Shown here piece by piece: positions 59,083-64,000 of a DNA stretch of 64,000 bases (positions are counted from its first letter, which is position 1; every line of letters begins with the position of its first letter). The translations under genes were made by a program, and so were the position numbers. The stretch is from Candidatus Obscuribacterales bacterium (GTDB taxonomy: Bacteria; Cyanobacteriota; Vampirovibrionia; Obscuribacterales; Obscuribacteraceae). The notes beneath the pieces are model-generated. The model saw only the letters and a list, made by a program, of their open reading frames with translations, was not told the DNA's origin and ran no database searches. The stretch is taken from the NCBI GenBank assembly GCA_965228855.1, contig CBDDIJ010000002.1, forward strand, positions 2,464,001 to 2,528,000. Direction: 5' to 3'.

Positions 59083-60726
59083 ATGGCTAAGAAATTCAGC
59101 AGACGGCAAGCCGGCAGCATGCTGGTTCTAGTAATTGCGTTCATCTTCTTGATCCTGTGTCTGGCAGTGGTCATGGGACTTGGCTTTGTTCGCCTGGTCG
59201 GTACTAACACGGAGCAACGCACAGCTATCGAAGCTGCAGCGATCGCTGTAGCCCGGGACCTGAGCGCTATAGTTGTGAACACGCCGGAGTGCGGTTTTGT
59301 TTCTTTATCAGACTACGCGCCTGTCGGCACCGCGACGCAAAATGGTGATGGCTTCGCGATGCCTGTTCGAAGCATTAACACTTTGATTGGAACCGCACGT
59401 CTTGACCTGATTATCGGTGACCTGATGGACCAGGATGTGATGCGAGAACTTGCCAAAAGAGATATGCAAGACGCGCTCAGTGCTAAAGATCAGCTGTTGA
59501 ACGTACTTGCCGCGTCGATGGCGCCCGGGGGCTCCGCTACCGACAAAGACGGCAACGCCATAACGCCCTACGTCGATGCCGAAAATGCTTACCGAAACAA
59601 CCAGATTCGCATGACTGGCGCGTCGAACTATGTTCCAAACTCAATGGTTCTCGCCTTGGGCTCCATCCAGGGTGGCCTGAGCACTGCCATTCCAGTTCCC
59701 AAACCAGCTTCGACCGCTCCCGTTTCAAGTTCGCAACAGGTGAACGGTTTTTACAAGTCTTTCGTGAATATTCCATATGGGGGAGTGGATTTTGTTTTTG
59801 GCGGAATTGGACCCAACGTCAAAATCGTAGATTATCGAAACTGGGTTGCGACGATTCCATCGCTTCCATATCAGATGCAAACCATCGTCAGGGCAGAAGC
59901 TGTTCAGCACATGACTGACCCGTACAATCCAAATGGTTATGACGTGAAGGCTGTCGCATGCGCGCAGCCCGCGAGCGTTCATGACCCGCTTCCGCAGCCT
60001 GGTGCGCTGTCGATTAGTTTTCCGGATGGAGCTGTACCGGAGATTCGATCGCCTAGAGATGTTTACGAGAATACTGATTTGAAGGGCGGTGTAGTGGATC
60101 TGCTCACCGCAAAGGCTGGTGATTATCCAACCGATCCTGGCTCGAATATGGCGCCGACGTCCTGGCCGGTCGCCTCTGCGCTGAATACGTCCAATGCCTG
60201 GTTAACCGGTCTGCACGACTGGATTCGGCGTGCCGGCACAAAGGCCGATATCGATTCGATAATCAATATGCAAACCACCCCGCTCGACTCGGCATCACCG
60301 TCGACGGCGGCCTGGGTCGCGCCTGTAGTCCACGGTGGACCTTATTTGAATATTGGAACAGTTCCAGCCGGTATTATTCACATTTATAAATTCGACATGG
60401 ACGGCGTTGTCACCTACCAGAGTCGCTTGTTGACACCGTATCCACTCTATGTCTCAAGCAACGAACAGATGTACGCAGAGACCATGATGGCTATTCCAAA
60501 CAGCAGCGTGCCGATTCAAACCTATAGCGTTCCTCTGCCGGACGGCAATAAAGATATACAGCTGATGAAGCGTTGGGACGTGTACATTCGCGACGAAGTG
60601 CGAAATCCTGGTAGCATCCGCGGTGGCAAGCACGGTGGTGAACCGCTGGCAAAGCCGCTAGTAGTGAAAAACCTGAGTTCGACAGACCGCACGACAATGC
60701 TTCTTCAAAGACGGGGGGCATACTAA
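59083..60726 (+). CDS. TadG/pilus-assembly-like hypothetical protein
   Basis: RRQAG-SML prepilin-like cleavage site plus hydrophobic helix; EQRTAIEAAAIAVA matches the Tad AADAAALA pattern. Confidence 0.7.
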   Translation: MAKKFSRRQAGSMLVLVIAFIFLILCLAVVMGLGFVRLVGTNTEQRTAIEAAAIAVARDLSAIVVNTPECGFVSLSDYAPVGTATQNGDGFAMPVRSINTLIGTARLDLIIGDLMDQDVMRELAKRDMQDALSAKDQLLNVLAASMAPGGSATDKDGNAITPYVDAENAYRNNQIRMTGASNYVPNSMVLALGSIQGGLSTAIPVPKPASTAPVSSSQQVNGFYKSFVNIPYGGVDFVFGGIGPNVKIVDYRNWVATIPSLPYQMQTIVRAEAVQHMTDPYNPNGYDVKAVACAQPASVHDPLPQPGALSISFPDGAVPEIRSPRDVYENTDLKGGVVDLLTAKAGDYPTDPGSNMAPTSWPVASALNTSNAWLTGLHDWIRRAGTKADIDSIINMQTTPLDSASPSTAAWVAPVVHGGPYLNIGTVPAGIIHIYKFDMDGVVTYQSRLLTPYPLYVSSNEQMYAETMMAIPNSSVPIQTYSVPLPDGNKDIQLMKRWDVYIRDEVRNPGSIRGGKHGGEPLAKPLVVKNLSSTDRTTMLLQRRGAY

Positions 60727-61241
60727 TGATGAGTTCTCCTCTTGCGGTCGAAAAAGAAAGCATCAGAAAAGCGAAGCGCTACGAACGAGAAGTTCGACTA
60801 GTTGCCATATCCCTTTGCTCATTGATTTTTCTCAACGCCAATTCTTGCAGTGGTGGTTCCGGTGGACCTGGCGGACCAAGCGGTCCAGGTCCGAGCGGTC
60901 CTACAGGTCCGACTTCGAGCGGTCCAACTGGTCCTACGGGGCCGACTGGCACTTCGTCGACCGGCTCGGCAGGACCTGGTACCGGCGGACCTACTGGTGG
61001 TGCACCTGGTGGCACAGGAAAGGGTTATCCACCTTTGATTACGCCACAAACGGATACCGGTGAGTTAATGGTGCCCGCATCACCCGTAGTGACTGCGATG
61101 CCAACCACATCATCCACCACCAGACCGTTCTACCAGACAAGCGGCACCGCAGTCGATATCCGATTCAGACGGCAAGTTGATGTTACTAATTTGAAGATAA
61201 CGTTTGATGTGGGTTATATCGGCGAAACGACAGCACCTTAG
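60726..61241 (+). CDS. Gly/Pro/Thr-rich protein; separate gene or -1-frame C-terminal part of the upstream gene
   Basis: TAATG overlap; the frame is open from 60642; GPT repeats followed by RPFYQTSGTAVDIRFRRQ. Confidence 0.55.
   Translation: MMSSPLAVEKESIRKAKRYEREVRLVAISLCSLIFLNANSCSGGSGGPGGPSGPGPSGPTGPTSSGPTGPTGPTGTSSTGSAGPGTGGPTGGAPGGTGKGYPPLITPQTDTGELMVPASPVVTAMPTTSSTTRPFYQTSGTAVDIRFRRQVDVTNLKITFDVGYIGETTAP
60852..61020 (+). repeat. Collagen-like G-P-(T/S/G) coding repeat
   Basis: GGSGGPGGPSGPGPSGPTGPTSSGPTGPTGPTGT...GPGTGGPTGG. Confidence 0.75.
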
Positions 61242-62223
61242 CAAACGCGTATTTTACGGAGTTGACGAAACATTCAACGTCTTCTGGCTTTAGAAACAAT
61301 ACATAGGACGCGATCATCAGGTGCTCGAAGATTGGAAGATTCATCGTCCAGTCTATTCCGAGGTGTAAAAGAACTCCGAGCACCAGAACGTAGTAGCGCA
61401 GTTCCTTGACCCAGATCAGGGTCCAGAGTGCAATTTCAATTGCGAGCGTTGCCCAGGTCGCAATTTGATAACCAAGCATTCTGTCGAAGATGAATGGGAT
61501 GGGAAACTTCGAAAAGTCTTCCATTCGGTTTGCGTAGTACACGGCCGTTCCATTCCACCATGTTTCGCCGTCCATTTTTGCGAGCGTTGACTGAGCGTAT
61601 ACGAGAGCGATTTGAAAGCGCAGAAGGTTTTGAGTCCATGGTCTACAGAGTATGGGCGGCAACGCTTGTGATACATCAATGGTCCTGGGCTCCAGCTCTT
61701 GTCCTTCAGCCAGCGCATCGCGTTCTGCTTCACGGTCAGCGAACCGCGGGCGGTGCCAATTCGCAAACCAACTGTCAATCGAATACATTTTTCCAATCGG
61801 ACCAAACATCATCAAAAATAAACACACACGCATCAAAGTGTGCCCGCTATTGAAGATGAGCAGGTTGCGATGGTGGAACGATGTAACGCAAAGAAAGAGA
61901 ATCAGCGCGCTGAAGTTCGCACGCAAACCCAACGTAAATGTTACGGCAGCGATCATCATGATTACATAGAGTTTCGATACCCAGGCATTGTCAGGCGGCA
62001 ACCAGAATAAAATAGAGAAGCGGTTGCTTGCTTCGAATTGTTCCATGGTTTGAACGGATACGATGCCGTCATAGCCGAACCACGTCTGCAAATCCGGCAA
62101 CCAGAGCAAGCTCGACAATATTAACAGCAAGCCCAACAATATTCGAAAGAGACAAAGCGGAGCCGGAGATTGTGGTTGAAACCACATTCGATACCAGAGC
62201 GTACGTATGTCCTGAAAACTCAT
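61186..62223 (-). CDS. HTTM domain membrane protein (SdpB/vitamin K carboxylase-like)
   Basis: LFRILLG, HHRN, YSID, LRFQIALVY...K..G.TWWNG, LHLGI; 3' end overlaps the convergent ORF by 56 nt. Confidence 0.88.
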   Translation of the reverse strand: MSFQDIRTLWYRMWFQPQSPAPLCLFRILLGLLLILSSLLWLPDLQTWFGYDGIVSVQTMEQFEASNRFSILFWLPPDNAWVSKLYVIMMIAAVTFTLGLRANFSALILFLCVTSFHHRNLLIFNSGHTLMRVCLFLMMFGPIGKMYSIDSWFANWHRPRFADREAERDALAEGQELEPRTIDVSQALPPILCRPWTQNLLRFQIALVYAQSTLAKMDGETWWNGTAVYYANRMEDFSKFPIPFIFDRMLGYQIATWATLAIEIALWTLIWVKELRYYVLVLGVLLHLGIDWTMNLPIFEHLMIASYVLFLKPEDVECFVNSVKYAFAKVLSFRRYNPHQTLSSN

Positions 62224-62855
62224 TTTGAATCCTCATGAAGCTTACGTTTCAAATCTTCAGACGAGGTCTGTTTCGAAATCTCCTGCGAAGTCTGTTTCAA
62301 GTCCTCCGGCAGCACTCTGTATAAGTAGAACTGATACTTTTCCAATTGTTCGGGATTTGGCTTGCCGAAACCATCTTCGGGCGGCATTGTCTCCGCGCGC
62401 GTGCGAGTCAGCGCGACTGTCAGCGGATGTTTTGACTTCTCGTCATTCGCTCGTGCAACCCAGCGAGCGAAGTCCGGCCATAATAAGTTGTTGCCATTTA
62501 AACAATCGTTTCCGTACTTGCGCCAATGTTCTTTGCAATAGCGCTCAAACAATCCCAAGTTTTCCATTGCCGGATAATGCCAGATCTTCTCTGTTCCATC
62601 ATCGTATCTAATGGTGGCATAAATTCGGTAATTCTCTTTGCGCGGGTCAGGGGCGAATACCGCAAAGCCCTGCCAAATCCCCGTGTAATAGATCTGTTGC
62701 GTAATCGGTTTTATAAAGAAATCTCTTGTGCGCGACCACGGCAAAACCCACAGTATGACCGACAGGATGTAGAAGATGATAAACAGTGTTATCACCGTCT
62801 TTCTAAACGGGCTATCTATGGGTTTTTCAATGTGTGCTTGCATCCGCGTCGCCAT
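62220..62855 (-). CDS. HTTM-associated membrane-anchored protein (SdpA/DUF5819-like)
   Basis: N-terminal TM, GIWQGFAVFAPDP, EHWRKY; 4-nt overlap with the HTTM gene. Confidence 0.72.
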   Translation of the reverse strand: MATRMQAHIEKPIDSPFRKTVITLFIIFYILSVILWVLPWSRTRDFFIKPITQQIYYTGIWQGFAVFAPDPRKENYRIYATIRYDDGTEKIWHYPAMENLGLFERYCKEHWRKYGNDCLNGNNLLWPDFARWVARANDEKSKHPLTVALTRTRAETMPPEDGFGKPNPEQLEKYQFYLYRVLPEDLKQTSQEISKQTSSEDLKRKLHEDSK

Positions 62856-63642
62856 TAGGGTGTTCGCTGCCCGCGTTTACGCTTTGATTACTTGGAACGT
62901 TTGCTCCGCGAGTTTCACTCGTTTCATCTGCTTTCGGCGCTCCGGACCCTGCGCCTGTAATGCGTCTGATCTTCCGAGGCTTCCCGACCTCGTACTCTTG
63001 AAGCGCTTTATCGACCAGAACATCGGCAGGCTTTCTCCACTTCGGCGCGTAAAAGTCGTAAATCATCAGCACGTCCTTAGCTTTTGTATCAACGGCTTGC
63101 AGATATTGGGCACGTAGTTCCTGCTTGGCGATTTCGATAGCATTCGCCTTGGCCTGCTCCAGCGTGCCGCCCTCTCCGTAAAACGTGCGACCGATAACTC
63201 GATGACAGGCTGCGCTTGCGGCTTCGTGGGCATCAACAAAAACGCGTTGGCAAACTTGCACATGACCGTCTTCAAAGTCGGCACGGCGATTTTGAACGGT
63301 TTGCGATAGCCAAACCGTAATCGGCAATTTTAGCGTTACACGCGCCCGCGTGATTGTCGCTCTGACCTGCCATTTGTTTCGCGAGACCTGGTTTTCATCT
63401 GCAATTTCAGCTTCTAGCTCTGGCTCGCAGACGTACTGGTAAACGGTTGTAGACTCTTCTTTTCCGACCTCTGCCGGAGGCAACTTCTTATCGAAGACTT
63501 TCTTCTCGACCGTGGATGCCTCTTTGTTTATTTCGACCGGTGAGGTTTTGAAATATTTTGGCGCGACGGCAACTATTGCGATGATGACCGGGATTCCGAT
63601 AATCATCAGTAGAGTTTCCATCTTGGGTAAGCCTGGTTTCAC
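62827..63642 (-). CDS. Hypothetical membrane-anchored protein
   Basis: GAGG before GTG; N-terminal TM; EDGHVQVC motif; overlaps the next gene by 29 nt. Confidence 0.7.
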   Translation of the reverse strand: MKPGLPKMETLLMIIGIPVIIAIVAVAPKYFKTSPVEINKEASTVEKKVFDKKLPPAEVGKEESTTVYQYVCEPELEAEIADENQVSRNKWQVRATITRARVTLKLPITVWLSQTVQNRRADFEDGHVQVCQRVFVDAHEAASAACHRVIGRTFYGEGGTLEQAKANAIEIAKQELRAQYLQAVDTKAKDVLMIYDFYAPKWRKPADVLVDKALQEYEVGKPRKIRRITGAGSGAPKADETSETRGANVPSNQSVNAGSEHPNGDADASTH

Positions 63643-63703
63643 GTTTCCTCGAGCCTTGAGACCGCATTTACTTTATGCCACGGAATGTAGGCTCAAAATT
63701 CAT

Positions 63704-64000
63704 TTATTTGTTATCGGCGCGGTCTGCGTCGCACACAGACCGCGCGAGCCAATATTCGAGTTTGGCGATCAGTGTGTCTAGTACCACCGGCTTGCTGAGA
63801 TAATCATCCATTCCGGCTTTCAAACAGCGCATCTCGTCACCTGCCATCGCAAGAGCCGTCATCGCTATGATCGGCGTGCGACGCTCCGTCTGCTGCTCGT
63901 ACTCTCGTATCAAGCGCGTTGCCTCGAAGCCGGAAATATCGGGCAAATTGCAGTCCATCAGTATTAGATCAAACTCTTCGCTGCAAACAGCACTGACGGC
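63704..64000 (-). CDS. Response regulator receiver domain (5' part outside the window; may be a hybrid kinase tail)
   Basis: FDLILMDCNLPDISGFEAT, PIIAMTA, AGMDDYLSKP; frame open to the window edge. Confidence 0.9.
   Translation of the reverse strand, partial: AVSAVCSEEFDLILMDCNLPDISGFEATRLIREYEQQTERRTPIIAMTALAMAGDEMRCLKAGMDDYLSKPVVLDTLIAKLEYWLARSVCDADRADNK

Noticed and set aside
1..64000. CRISPR array, tRNA/rRNA, IS, integrase or prophage
   Set aside because: No regularly spaced repeats, cloverleaf or rRNA signatures, or transposase, integrase or phage structural motifs were seen by eye; Infernal and HMM scans could still find weak cases.

Overview
Gene-dense bacterial chromosomal window with about 55 protein-coding genes. 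I found no rRNA, tRNA, CRISPR array, transposase or integrase. The gene mix (two WG-repeat proteins, membrane Ser/Thr kinase, TPR-caspase, HTTM pair, TadG-like protein, RDD protein, low-complexity secreted proteins) suggests a non-photosynthetic cyanobacterial relative such as Vampirovibrionia/Obscuribacterales; this is inference only. Metabolic and stress genes include a YbhF/YbhG-like ABC exporter, lipid kinase, PaaN-like ALDH, OYE, YcaC, acyltransferase, GH31, peptide deformylase, two AKRs with a TetR regulator, an SDR, glutamate decarboxylase next to a ClC-CBS-USP antiporter, a YagTSR/PaoABC-type Mo enzyme, an RsrR-type Rrf2 regulator and a K+ channel. Best candidates for undescribed systems: (1) a ubiquitin/MoaD-like protein ending in -VPLVGG, tightly coupled to a DUF4132 protein with no E1 nearby (6988-9862); (2) a cassette of an algal/cyanobacterial-type vanadium haloperoxidase, a peptidoglycan-binding CHAP hydrolase and an exported unknown protein, with a divergent small DUF1496-like gene (39062-43753). 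Operator palindromes are readable for the TetR and RsrR-like regulators, and a TadG-like gene may be split by a -1 frameshift. All family assignments come from motif recognition by eye, not database searches. Some starts were moved to downstream ATGs with better RBS or homology support.
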